Assembly (NCBI GenBank): GCA_905181715.1
Contig: CAJIYT010000001.1
Coordinates: 71-64,070, forward strand
Source of the DNA: an uncultured Candidatus Poseidoniales archaeon
GTDB lineage: Archaea; Thermoplasmatota; Poseidoniia; Poseidoniales; Poseidoniaceae
DNA: 64,000 nt
Direction of reading: 5' to 3'
Part shown: positions 44,308 through 54,008 of the stretch, piece by piece
Layout: each line of letters starts with the position of its first letter
How positions within the stretch are numbered: position 1 is the stretch's first letter
Translations under genes and position numbers: made by a program
Notes under the pieces: model-generated
Database searches by the model: none
What the model was told of the DNA's origin: nothing
The model's input: only the letters and a program-made list of their open reading frames with translations

Positions 44308-45392
44308 GAGAGACTCTCCTCAAGTAGCGCCCCTACCCTCTTCATTCGGCGAGTAATACGGTCGAGGTTGTCTAGTGCCTTCTGTTGTAGTGACTGGGGT
44401 GATTCAGCGGCAAGCCGGTAACCCAAAGCCAATCTCCCACCCAAAAGGTTTAGCAAGAGCATTTGTTTCTGTGAATCTATATCTTTGAGGCGGGCAGATA
44501 CTTTCTCAGGAGTTAATTTGGATTTAGCGAGGTCTTTGAGGATAATTAGTGGAACATCCAAGCGCTCAAAACCACCTTTCAATAACAACCAATCCTCACC
44601 GCGGCGAGAGTATTGAGTTGTCATTGCAGACCATAACGCAGTCGCCAATCTATCTGTACGCGGCACTCTCTCGACCAGCCCAGTGCTGCGAAAGCGTTCC
44701 AGTATCCGGCCCACTCTCGGTTTTGCATCCTTTACCGCTGCTGCTGCTTCATCAATAGAAATCGGTGGACCTGTACTCAGAAGTAATTTGAAAAGTTCGA
44801 TACTTGTCGAACCGGATAGAACTTCTTTTCCCGGTCGTTCTCCTAAGAGTCCTAAATCGTTCATCAATTGCCCTAGAATAGTCCTCTCTTCGGCAAGGGG
44901 GTGCCATTCCTTGATTTGTATGCGAATCCCACCATAATCATCAGCTGGTAATTCTACTGCCATCCTACAGTCGCTACGGCTCCATAACTCTGCAAGTTCT
45001 TCCATACGTTGAAGTAATGACATTCGAGCTATGCTTGCAAACATTTCGAGGGAACGAGAAATCGAACCCCCTTTCAGATGATATTTCCTCCAGCCATTCC
45101 CCGAAGTGTAGGATACAAGCCCTGCTTCGACCAGGCGTGACATATGGTGGTGAATCGCTGCTGGAGTAAGGGCTAATTCTTCAGATAGCATGTGATTGTC
45201 CCATGCTTTTTCTGGGCTGGTAAGAAGGTGATCAGCCAAGATTCTATGGATTGGTTCAGCCAATCCCAAATCAGCGGACGCCTCTCCTTTTCTTCTCAGA
45301 AGGGTGAACGAGTCTACCAACCAGGCGATTAGAGAATCAGTATCTCTCTCGCTCACCGGCAGTGGAATCTCACTGAGCCGAACTTCGAACAT
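44304..45392 (-). CDS. double winged-helix (ArsR-like) transcriptional regulator
   Basis: LSEELALTPAAIHHHMSRLVEAGLVSY plus a second wHTH-like region ISIDEAAAAVKDAKPRVGRILERFRSTGLVERV. The stop overlaps the dus ATG by 4 nt. Confidence 0.65.
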   Translation of the reverse strand: MFEVRLSEIPLPVSERDTDSLIAWLVDSFTLLRRKGEASADLGLAEPIHRILADHLLTSPEKAWDNHMLSEELALTPAAIHHHMSRLVEAGLVSYTSGNGWRKYHLKGGSISRSLEMFASIARMSLLQRMEELAELWSRSDCRMAVELPADDYGGIRIQIKEWHPLAEERTILGQLMNDLGLLGERPGKEVLSGSTSIELFKLLLSTGPPISIDEAAAAVKDAKPRVGRILERFRSTGLVERVPRTDRLATALWSAMTTQYSRRGEDWLLLKGGFERLDVPLIILKDLAKSKLTPEKVSARLKDIDSQKQMLLLNLLGGRLALGYRLAAESPQSLQQKALDNLDRITRRMKRVGALLEESLS

Positions 45393-45465
45393 GAAGATGG
45401 TTATTGGTCAGAAGTCTATCAAGGTGGTGCAACTAATCATTGCTAGAACAGCAAAAAGATGGTGT

Positions 45466-46125
45466 TCAATCGCGGCCATCATTCCATTCGTAGTCAATAG
45501 GACGGGTGGAATTAATGTTTTTGGCCTCTATTAGATATGGTGAAATCTCCAAGCGGTCTTCTCTGATAATACCGCGGCGTCTGAGAACTTTTAGCGCGCT
45601 GTGTACGGTAGCGCGACTCCTGCCAATCCTTCTTGCGAGTGCGGCCTGTGAGCGCGGAATTCCGTTCTCTTGCAAGTCATCGATTATCATGCGTTGAACC
45701 ATCGATAGGCCGATAGGCATGCGCCTAGCTGCCTCTTCTAGGTCGACGAATTGCCCTCGTAAATCGACGATCTGTGCCTGACCTCCGGCAAAATAACAGG
45801 TCCTGCCATTAACTTCAGCTATGGATATTGATCTATGACTTTGTAAGACATCGAGGTGATGGCGTAAGGTTCCGTTTGCGGCCCCCATGGTCGCCTGTAA
45901 TTCTCGATAACAAAGTCCAGGTTTTGCTTCAAGAGTTCGTAAGACTCGAAACCGGAATGGATGCTCAGTTGCAATTACTTTGCTTTTCATTCCTGCTTTT
46001 GATAGACCCATCATGCCAATAGTGGAAACCAAACCACCGGCTAGGCCAACAAATCCACCGGCAGCACCAGCGATGCCAGCACTGATCCAAGGTCGCTGCC
46101 GCGCCCATTGAGCAATCAAAGCCAT
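45466..46125 (-). CDS. membrane-anchored double wHTH regulator
   Basis: N-terminal Gly-zipper hydrophobic segment ISAGIAGAAGGFVGLAGGLVSTIGMMGL. Then RVLRTLEAKPGLCYRELQATMGAANGTLRHHLDVLQ and IPRSQAALARRIGRSRATVHSALKVLRRRGII. Confidence 0.6.
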   Translation of the reverse strand: MALIAQWARQRPWISAGIAGAAGGFVGLAGGLVSTIGMMGLSKAGMKSKVIATEHPFRFRVLRTLEAKPGLCYRELQATMGAANGTLRHHLDVLQSHRSISIAEVNGRTCYFAGGQAQIVDLRGQFVDLEEAARRMPIGLSMVQRMIIDDLQENGIPRSQAALARRIGRSRATVHSALKVLRRRGIIREDRLEISPYLIEAKNINSTRPIDYEWNDGRD

Positions 46126-46171
46126 GAGACTCTCTGAGGTTACTCACATGTCAATGCATCGGCCAGCAGAT

Positions 46172-46633
46172 TCACTTTGTGCGTACTGAACCGTGATGAA
46201 TTTTGAGATGTGCGACCAGTGGTGATAACAACCTGCCACACAGATTGCCGTGTGGACTCAAATGATATACTACTTTGACCGGTGGTCCTTCATCGACTTG
46301 ACGAATCATCATACCTTCCTCGACTAAATAGCGTAATTTATCTGATAATGTACGGCTTGAGATTCCAGTAAGTAGAGATTTCAGCTGATTGAAACGCCTT
46401 GGTCCTGCTATGTACAGAGTTGCTAAAATCTCAGTTGTCCATCTGCTTCCGAATATACGAAGTGCCTCTACTGCGGCTTTAACTTCCCAATCAGTATCCC
46501 AAGGACCCTTGTTCGAGTATTGCTCAAGTATTCCTCTGATCTGCCCACCATTGGAAATAGTGTTTTGGATATGAGTTTCTAAATCAGTGAAATCAGCCTC
46601 TGGTAAGACCATTGGGGGATCTGGCATAGTCAC
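46172..46633 (-). CDS. HxlR-family transcriptional regulator
   Basis: FGSRWTTEILATLYIAGPRRFNQLKSLLTGISSRTLSDKLRYLVEEGMMIRQV...VVYHLSPHG. Confidence 0.8.
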   Translation of the reverse strand: MTMPDPPMVLPEADFTDLETHIQNTISNGGQIRGILEQYSNKGPWDTDWEVKAAVEALRIFGSRWTTEILATLYIAGPRRFNQLKSLLTGISSRTLSDKLRYLVEEGMMIRQVDEGPPVKVVYHLSPHGNLCGRLLSPLVAHLKIHHGSVRTK

Positions 46634-46678
46634 CTCAAGGGGTATTGAACATAAAACTTGGTGTAACGAGTAAATCGC

Positions 46679-47137
46679 TCAGAACCCGCCAGATGCACCG
46701 GCGCCAACAATCATCAAAACGATGATACCAATGAATGCCAGAGTGAAACCGATTACTATCCATGAAATAATCTGAGCAGCTTTAGCAGTCCCTGCATCGG
46801 GATGACCGGGGGTTTGATTGGTAATAGCCAATGCACCATTTGCCATAATCAAAGACGGTATTGCTAGACAGATACCGAATGTGAAGATAGAAACGATTGA
46901 AATAATCATAGCTGCCATTGCTGAGGTCTGTGGATATCCTCCCCCCATCACTATTCCACCTGGCATCTGCTGCATCATAACCGGCTGACCAACCATCTGT
47001 GGTTGAGTGAACTGCGTTACTTGTGGTTGGGCCTGAACCTGTGGTTGGCCATATGGTTGATGATGTGGTTGTGCGACCGAGCCCATTACAGCCGGTTGCG
47101 GAGGTGTGGGGTTGTTGTTAGGTGGTTGCATGGGCAA
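46679..47137 (-). CDS. Pro/Gln-rich small membrane protein (DUF4190-like, two TM)
   Basis: The first 70 aa or so are P/Q-rich (PPQPAVMGSVAQPHHQPYGQPQVQAQPQVTQFTQPQ). Two hydrophobic helices follow. Confidence 0.6.
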   Translation of the reverse strand: MPMQPPNNNPTPPQPAVMGSVAQPHHQPYGQPQVQAQPQVTQFTQPQMVGQPVMMQQMPGGIVMGGGYPQTSAMAAMIISIVSIFTFGICLAIPSLIMANGALAITNQTPGHPDAGTAKAAQIISWIVIGFTLAFIGIIVLMIVGAGASGGF

Positions 47138-47168
47138 TCCTAGTGTTGATTCAACTTGAATCTACCGT

Positions 47169-49253
47169 TCAAGAGTTGCTATATGTTGGTTTACGCCCTT
47201 CGATTAAGGCACTGAGTCCTTCGAGAGCATCAGCGGTTGCAAAGATAGTATCAAGTCCATCCAATTCCTTTTCCAGACCTTGCTCGAGTGTTGTATTAGC
47301 GGAGAAATCAATCAATGAACTTGCCATTCGCAATGCGATCGGTGCAGTGCGCGAAAGCGATTTCAGTTGGCGCGATATATTTCGGTCCTCGGGATCGAAA
47401 CCCCCGGGACAATTTCCGCTCAGCAGAGTTTCGAGATTAGCATCTGAATAGAATGTTTCAGCGAAGTCTCCAACTCTTGAGTTATCAACTGCAGGTTTTC
47501 CTGGGTATTTATTCACAGGTTTTCCCGCTTTAGCAATGGTAGTTATTGTAGAATCTACCTCTGAAGATTCAACTAAATGAGAGACCAATCCTAAATCGCT
47601 TGCAGTTCTAGCATCCATGAAATTACCAGCAAGGACAGCCCACCTAGCAGCAGGTATGCCACAAATCCGGGCTGGTCTTTGGGTTCCACCAAGGCCAGGG
47701 AAGATGCCGATACTGGTTTCGGGGAATCTGAATTGGGTTTTTTTGGTACCGATGCGGTAATCACACGAGAGTGCCAATTCCAATCCCCCTCCTAGTGCAA
47801 GGCCTGTGGTCAATGCGATAGTGGTCTTGGTGCTATTTTCAAGACTGTTGAGGAGATCATGACCATCAGCGGTAAATCTTTCAATCGCTGGAATATCGTC
47901 TGCACGTATTTTATCGACAAAGAACTTGACATCAGCGCCGGCAACAAAAGCCTTGCCCGCACCATCGAGAACTATGGTGCTAACAGCATCGTTAGCATTG
48001 ATTTCATCAACTACGATTTGTAATTGTGCAACCACACTTTCGTTAAGTGCATTCATTGCTTCAGGGCGATTTATGGTAATGGTGGCAATATCATTTTCAA
48101 TCACATAATCGATCCACTCGAATGCGAATTTCTCATCTCGGTTCAGAACGTTTGGTAAATCGAAGCCGGCGATATTGCAATAGGAAGATGCCATCCTTTT
48201 AGCCTCACTAATACCAATTCTATTCATTAATTCGAAGGGGCCTTTAGCCCAACGTAGACCTACCTTTGCTCCTCTGTCAACATCTTCTATCGAACAGATG
48301 TCTTCGTCGACTATTTGTCCAGCAACTGCAAAAACTTGTCCTAGTAATCGCTCACTGATAATTGTCGCAACCTCTGGTGAGCATTCCTCGTCACCATCGA
48401 TTTGCCACATCTCCTTAGCATCTATTAGTGCTCTGAGGCTCGTTGCGCCAGAAAAGCGTGGCGTTTGTAATTGCTCTGCTAGATAATCGGTTGAATGTAA
48501 GGCGATAGGCGGTCCGGTGAGGTTCATCAAGGCGAAAGGACCCATGCCTATTCGGAATGCCTTACAGGCGACCGCATCGATTTGAGCGGTGCTTGCTAAT
48601 CCTTCATCGAGTAGCAGGCAAGCTTCGTTGAGCCAAGGTACGAAAAAGCGATTGACAACGAATCCGGGTCTGTCAGCACAGACTATGACGACCTTACCTA
48701 GAGCCTTGCAATATTGTACGGTGCGCTCAATGGTCTCGGGGCTTGTATCCTGGCCGGGGATGACTTCTATCAGGCGGTTTTTTGCTGGATGAAAGAAGAA
48801 GTGTAAACCGACGAAACGGTCTGGCCTTCCACATGCTTTTGATAGATCGTTTACCGAGAGTGACGAGGTATTAGATGCGAGAATCGTTTTCTCATCACAG
48901 GCTTCATCAAGAATTTTGAATACTGCGGTTTTAATATCGAAATCCTCGAAAACGGCTTCGATTACCATGTCGGTATCAGCAGCGGTATTCTCCACTCCGA
49001 TTACGCCTTTGATGCGTCCTTTGATATCGGCGACCTGTTGTTCAGAAAAGATCCTGCGAGCGATGGCTTCATCGAGGAAATCTGCGATAATCCCTTGACC
49101 TCGCTCGACCCACTGCTCTTCTCGATCGACCATCTGTACGTCGAATTCTTCCTGAGCGGTCTTCTGAGCGATTCCCGAGCCCATATTGCCAGCGCCGATA
49201 ATCGCCACACTTTGAATAGGTTGCATGACGTTGGCGACAAAGGGCTCCATCAT
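47169..49253 (-). CDS. 3-hydroxyacyl-CoA dehydrogenase / enoyl-CoA hydratase fusion (dehydrogenase N-terminal)
   Basis: VAIIGAGNMGSGIAQ (Rossmann fold) at the N-terminus. Crotonase signature ALGGGLELALSCDYRIG in the C-terminal half. Confidence 0.88.
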   Translation of the reverse strand: MMEPFVANVMQPIQSVAIIGAGNMGSGIAQKTAQEEFDVQMVDREEQWVERGQGIIADFLDEAIARRIFSEQQVADIKGRIKGVIGVENTAADTDMVIEAVFEDFDIKTAVFKILDEACDEKTILASNTSSLSVNDLSKACGRPDRFVGLHFFFHPAKNRLIEVIPGQDTSPETIERTVQYCKALGKVVIVCADRPGFVVNRFFVPWLNEACLLLDEGLASTAQIDAVACKAFRIGMGPFALMNLTGPPIALHSTDYLAEQLQTPRFSGATSLRALIDAKEMWQIDGDEECSPEVATIISERLLGQVFAVAGQIVDEDICSIEDVDRGAKVGLRWAKGPFELMNRIGISEAKRMASSYCNIAGFDLPNVLNRDEKFAFEWIDYVIENDIATITINRPEAMNALNESVVAQLQIVVDEINANDAVSTIVLDGAGKAFVAGADVKFFVDKIRADDIPAIERFTADGHDLLNSLENSTKTTIALTTGLALGGGLELALSCDYRIGTKKTQFRFPETSIGIFPGLGGTQRPARICGIPAARWAVLAGNFMDARTASDLGLVSHLVESSEVDSTITTIAKAGKPVNKYPGKPAVDNSRVGDFAETFYSDANLETLLSGNCPGGFDPEDRNISRQLKSLSRTAPIALRMASSLIDFSANTTLEQGLEKELDGLDTIFATADALEGLSALIEGRKPTYSNS

Positions 49254-49269
49254 GAACTCAGCGGCTGAA

Positions 49270-50499
49270 TTAAGTCAACATCCCACTAATGATATCGGCC
49301 AATCTTTTGCTTTGGCCTGCGACTGTCAAATCCATTTCCACAATATGTTTTCGTCCTTCGACAGTCCATTTTTCTTTTTCCTCATCGGCTTGGGCAATAG
49401 CAGCGTGCCAATCACCATCTCTGGGTACTAAGCGTCCGGTTTTACCATCGATTACGGTTTCTGTGAAGCCCCCTTCATCAGCGACGATAACAGGGCATCC
49501 CATGGCATATGATTCAGGCACAGTCATGCCAAAAGGTTCGTTGCGAGCATGGCTCACCATGGCTTTAGCATGGCGCATCAAGGTGCACAGTTCCTCCTGA
49601 GAAACCCTTGGCAAGGCATGGAGAGTGACATCGCAGGATTTAGCGTGATCATGTACCATCTGGTCGACTCCACCGCCTAGTTGGACCAGGGCGAGATCCA
49701 AGCCCTTGAGACTTGAAATCGTATCCCAAATCCCCTTTGCCCACATCGAACGTCCGATATTGATGACATATTCTCCTTTGTCAAGACCATAGAGTTTAGA
49801 TACAGCCGGCCAATCTTCCTTCTCACTGGCCTTTTCAGGCCAAATCTCTGGATTTAGGCTAGGGTATAGCACTCCAGCATCAATCCCATAAACCTCTTTG
49901 ATTCGGGCAGCAGTATGCTTTGAGTTACCGCTAATTCTACCTCGTGTTGATGCTTTTAGCAGCAACTTCTGATCTATTCTTCGTTGTTTAGCTAACAATA
50001 TTCCAGTGAGAGTAAGATTTTGTTTTGCCATTCCATCGACGCGATAGTGCAAATCTGTGCTGTACAGTCCTCGATCGGGCTCGAGCATGTGAGTATGAAC
50101 TGGCAAATCTGCTGGTAGATACTCGATAACTTCCATCGACCCTACTCCGCTGGTAATATTGACTGCATCGACATTAGCGATGATAGTCGCAAGACTCGGG
50201 CCCTGTTCGGTTAACTGTAACATGGAATACCAGGTTCTGCTAGCTTTTCGGCTCGACTTAGCCCGCATTTCAGCCCATACTCCTGAAGAATAAGACCAGG
50301 CTTTTACCGGTGTGAACAATTGTATTCCAAGTTCGTCTAAGCGCTGTCTAGTTTCCTCATTTGCAAATAGAGTGGCGACGGTTATATCGAAGTGTTCTTG
50401 CCATCCAGCAAGGTTGTTGAGAAGATCTCTTTCCCCTCCACCATAGTGCTCAAAACTACCTTTGGTCACCAACAGACGGATACGTTTCGGCTCGCCCAT
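49270..50499 (-). CDS. glycosyltransferase family 4 (GT-B)
   Basis: NEPFGMTVPESYAMGCPVIVADEGGFTETV (E-x7-E region). Confidence 0.8.
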   Translation of the reverse strand: MGEPKRIRLLVTKGSFEHYGGGERDLLNNLAGWQEHFDITVATLFANEETRQRLDELGIQLFTPVKAWSYSSGVWAEMRAKSSRKASRTWYSMLQLTEQGPSLATIIANVDAVNITSGVGSMEVIEYLPADLPVHTHMLEPDRGLYSTDLHYRVDGMAKQNLTLTGILLAKQRRIDQKLLLKASTRGRISGNSKHTAARIKEVYGIDAGVLYPSLNPEIWPEKASEKEDWPAVSKLYGLDKGEYVINIGRSMWAKGIWDTISSLKGLDLALVQLGGGVDQMVHDHAKSCDVTLHALPRVSQEELCTLMRHAKAMVSHARNEPFGMTVPESYAMGCPVIVADEGGFTETVIDGKTGRLVPRDGDWHAAIAQADEEKEKWTVEGRKHIVEMDLTVAGQSKRLADIISGMLT

Positions 50500-50511
50500 G
50501 AACCTTGAGAG

Positions 50512-51462
50512 TCACTGTTCTCTATAATATTCAGCAGTGTAAGTTAGTCCTTCACGCAGAGATATTTGGCATGGACCGGTAATCGCCCATGTTTTGGTCA
50601 TGTCCGGTTGACGGCGTAGCGGATCGTTACTACGCTTTGGTAAATGAATTGGAGCAAACTCCCTACCAACCACTTTGTGGACTTCTTTTGCTAGATGTAA
50701 CATTGTGATTTCCTCATCATTACCGATATTGAATACCCCGACCCCTTCCTCACTTGTAACTAAAGTTAGGACCATGCGGACGTGATCATCGACATGACAG
50801 AATGCGCGGGTGTGTAAACCATCACCGATAATCGTAAAATCTTCTTCGAACAATGCTCTTTTGACGAATTCAGGGACTACCTGGCCGAATTTCGAGGCAT
50901 CCATTCTACCACCATAGGCATTGAAAATACGCAGGAGAGTCCATTCGATATCATATTGTTCAGCGAACATTCTAACATAAAAATCACCAATCGATTTTGC
51001 AGCGGCATAAGAGTCACGGATACTGTGTATGTCCAAGCGCGTGATATCTGTTTCAGCACTTGGGATGTTGTCCGGATATTCACCATATACTTCAGATGAG
51101 GAAGCATAAGCGATTCGTTTTGGCTTGTGTTCACAGGCTTCGATAGCCTTTAGCAAATTTATAGTAGCCATGACATTTGTATCTAGAACTTCAAAAGGCC
51201 TATCATAGAAATATTCTGTTCCGTTAATCGCACCATAATGAAGAATGATATCTGGTTTGAAAGTTTGAATGGAAGCACTTAGAGCAGCGATATCTCCACA
51301 GAGGTCCAGTTGTTCAAAAGTAAACTTTTCAGATTTAGGCATATGCTGGGATCGGCCACGGAAGAGATTGTCAATACCGTGAACAGTCCATCCTTTTGCC
51401 AATGCTCCATCGCATAGATGAGAACCCAAAAAACCTGCAACTCCAGTGATATATACTCGCAT
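50512..51462 (-). CDS. NAD-dependent nucleotide-sugar epimerase/dehydratase
   Basis: MRVYITGVAGFLGSHL and YAAAKSIGD (YxxxK). The track start 51522 overlaps the upstream gene, so ATG 51462 is used. Confidence 0.85.
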   Translation of the reverse strand: MRVYITGVAGFLGSHLCDGALAKGWTVHGIDNLFRGRSQHMPKSEKFTFEQLDLCGDIAALSASIQTFKPDIILHYGAINGTEYFYDRPFEVLDTNVMATINLLKAIEACEHKPKRIAYASSSEVYGEYPDNIPSAETDITRLDIHSIRDSYAAAKSIGDFYVRMFAEQYDIEWTLLRIFNAYGGRMDASKFGQVVPEFVKRALFEEDFTIIGDGLHTRAFCHVDDHVRMVLTLVTSEEGVGVFNIGNDEEITMLHLAKEVHKVVGREFAPIHLPKRSNDPLRRQPDMTKTWAITGPCQISLREGLTYTAEYYREQ

Positions 51463-51467
51463 TTCAA

Positions 51468-52763
51468 TCAACTCCCAAGACCTATTCTCTCCATACCAGA
51501 CACATTTCGGTATGAATTCCACAGATCGATAATTAATCCCTTTCCGACGAGATCAGCGCCTGAGTCCTTCCAAACCGAATGACGTACTGCCATGATTACA
51601 GTGTCATATTCCGCATCATTTAGCATCACAGCCAAATCAGTTCCAGATACTGAAACCCTATTGGCTACATTTGGCCATAATTGAGTATATGCGTTTCTTC
51701 CGAGTTCGGGGTCACAGACTGAAACCTCGTGGCCAACATCTAGTAATGCTTCGATTAGAGGTTCACTGAATGACATTCTGAAGTCGTCGACATCCTCCTT
51801 GAACGAAAGTCCAGCGACGAGGATTCGATTACCTTTGACACGACTGGCCGTCCATGGTACAAGGGCTTGTGATGAGCGTAGAGCAGTTAGCCACACAGAT
51901 GGTAACTCTCTCTTCGGCTCGACATTTTGGAAAGCATATTCAAAGATCAATGGATCTTTGCCAAGGCAATAACCGCTAACCGGTCCCGGTAGAGCAACTG
52001 AATTACGGTCGTAATCCTGGTTTGCAGCATTGATGACCTCTATGATATCAACGCCATTTGCGCTGGCTGCAACCGCAGCGTCATTTGCGAAAGCAAATCT
52101 CGTATGGCGCCAAGCATTGTCGATTAACTTCACGAATTCAGCAGAATCCGAATTACTCATTTCTATCAAACCGCCACCGATATGTGAAAACAATTCTTTA
52201 GCTTCAGTCAGTGCTTCAGCATTGACAGGTCCGATTATTTTAGGCAGACTACGTTCTTCGCTAATCGCCATCCCTTCGACCAAACGTTCAGGGATGAATG
52301 CGAGGTTGAAGTCCTTACCAATTACCAAATCTGTTGTTTCCTCAATGTGGTCTGCAATCAGAGATGTGGTGCCTACAGGTAAAGTCGTGCGTAGAATCAA
52401 AGTTCGTCCTTTGAGACCATCCCGTTGCATTAAGCCATTGATTACCGAGTAGATAATACTGAGATCTGCTGGTTCCGGCCATGGTAGTACGTGGACGCCG
52501 ATGGTAACTACAATCCATCGAACATTAGCGAAATCTGCGGTTGTTGCATCATCCCATGTCATTGGCAAGAAATTTTTGCCCGCATGTTTCTCAATCAATT
52601 CACTAAGACCAGGCTCTTCAAATGGAGCCTTCCTATCTTTGAGAGAAGCAATGGAGATGTCCGAGGCGTCAACTCCTCTGACGACAAGGCCACTATCAGC
52701 AGTTACCAGGGCAACCGGTAAGCCGATTCTACCCAGACCGATGACGAGAACCTCATCCTGCAT
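51468..52763 (-). CDS. nucleotide-sugar (UDP-glucose/GDP-mannose family) dehydrogenase
   Basis: VIGLGRIGLPVALV and the catalytic-Cys region GPVSGYCLGKDP. Confidence 0.85.
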   Translation of the reverse strand: MQDEVLVIGLGRIGLPVALVTADSGLVVRGVDASDISIASLKDRKAPFEEPGLSELIEKHAGKNFLPMTWDDATTADFANVRWIVVTIGVHVLPWPEPADLSIIYSVINGLMQRDGLKGRTLILRTTLPVGTTSLIADHIEETTDLVIGKDFNLAFIPERLVEGMAISEERSLPKIIGPVNAEALTEAKELFSHIGGGLIEMSNSDSAEFVKLIDNAWRHTRFAFANDAAVAASANGVDIIEVINAANQDYDRNSVALPGPVSGYCLGKDPLIFEYAFQNVEPKRELPSVWLTALRSSQALVPWTASRVKGNRILVAGLSFKEDVDDFRMSFSEPLIEALLDVGHEVSVCDPELGRNAYTQLWPNVANRVSVSGTDLAVMLNDAEYDTVIMAVRHSVWKDSGADLVGKGLIIDLWNSYRNVSGMERIGLGS

Positions 52764-52894
52764 ATAGCGCGCTCTCTAGATTCACACTTGAACGTTATTG
52801 CATGGTGATGGTTTAGGCCCATTTCCTTGTAAAAGTCAATCGATGTTCTCAATGAGCCGACCTGCTTATCTTCAGGTCTGCTTTCAACTGTAAC

Positions 52895-54007
52895 ATGCGC
52901 AGAGTTTTGGTCGCTAGAGGAGGGGCTCTGTCCCCCTTTTCTGGACTTGGAGGTAGCCATGCGCGCTTTGTCAACCTTCTCTCGTCAGGAGATTTCGAAG
53001 ATTATTCACTTACGGATATTCTAGAATATCCCGAGGCCGGTAATTCTTTGACAAGAGCATACCGGAGATGGAGTTCACATCCCAAGAGAGTGGCAAAGGC
53101 TGCGCGTAAAGGTCATGCTCAAATTCTCCACATAACCGATCAGGAACAGGCTCACTTGGTGCCCAAGAACTGCCCCATCCCTGTAGTGGTTTTTGTTCAT
53201 GACATGTTTCACCTCGTTCCAACAATCGTTGATTCAGGCAAAGAAATGGTCGAAGTTGGTGACCACAATCCTTCACGTTTGCGAAAATACGATATGAGGA
53301 AATTGCGAAAAGGCCTCTCTCGAGCAAATCTCTTCATTTGCAATAGCCCCAGTACTGCTGAAATCATCGAAGAGATATTCCCTAATATACCAGCGATTTC
53401 AGTGCCTTATTGTATAGACCTCGACCTTTATGATCCACATAAAAATCTACGTCCGAAACCAGATTGGATTTCGGAAGACAAAATGAATCTCCTAATTGTT
53501 GGCAGCGAAGAACCGCGTAAGCGTCTTGACTTTGCCATCGAAGCAGTTGCGCTTCTTCCAGATGAAATCCGCTCGCAAGTAGTCATCCACAAGATAGGTG
53601 CTGAATCATCACCAACCTCTCGAAAGCAGTTGGAAGATCTAGCAGCTGTTTGTGAGGTCGAATTGAATTGGCTTGGCCGGATGGAACAAGAAGCGCTCTA
53701 TGCTGCCTATCAACACACAGACGGCTTGTTATTCCCCTCATGCGCCGAAGGTTTTGGCCTACCAGCAGTAGAAGCTCTAGCAGCGGGTACATGGTCGTTC
53801 ATCGCAGACTTCCCTGCGCATAACATGCATCTGCCCGAAGGTCTCTGCCTACCGAAATATGACCGCCAAGCATGGGCTGATGCAATTGAGAAAAAGTTTC
53901 ACGAGAGTAGAGAAATCAATGAGGAATCACTGGAATTAGCTCAGAGATATTCCAATGAATCCTTCACTGCTAGTCTGTCTAAGGCATGGAATAGCCTTTT
54001 TGATTAG
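52895..54007 (+). CDS. glycosyltransferase family 1/4
   Basis: LLFPSCAEGFGLPAVEALAAGT. Confidence 0.8.
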   Translation: MRRVLVARGGALSPFSGLGGSHARFVNLLSSGDFEDYSLTDILEYPEAGNSLTRAYRRWSSHPKRVAKAARKGHAQILHITDQEQAHLVPKNCPIPVVVFVHDMFHLVPTIVDSGKEMVEVGDHNPSRLRKYDMRKLRKGLSRANLFICNSPSTAEIIEEIFPNIPAISVPYCIDLDLYDPHKNLRPKPDWISEDKMNLLIVGSEEPRKRLDFAIEAVALLPDEIRSQVVIHKIGAESSPTSRKQLEDLAAVCEVELNWLGRMEQEALYAAYQHTDGLLFPSCAEGFGLPAVEALAAGTWSFIADFPAHNMHLPEGLCLPKYDRQAWADAIEKKFHESREINEESLELAQRYSNESFTASLSKAWNSLFD

Positions 54008-54008
54008 A

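Noticed and set aside
52703-52960. 85-aa minus-strand ORF in the divergent spacer between the sugar dehydrogenase and the glycosyltransferase
   Set aside because: It overlaps the 5' ends of both flanking genes, has no motif and has a low-complexity N-terminus. It is probably spurious.
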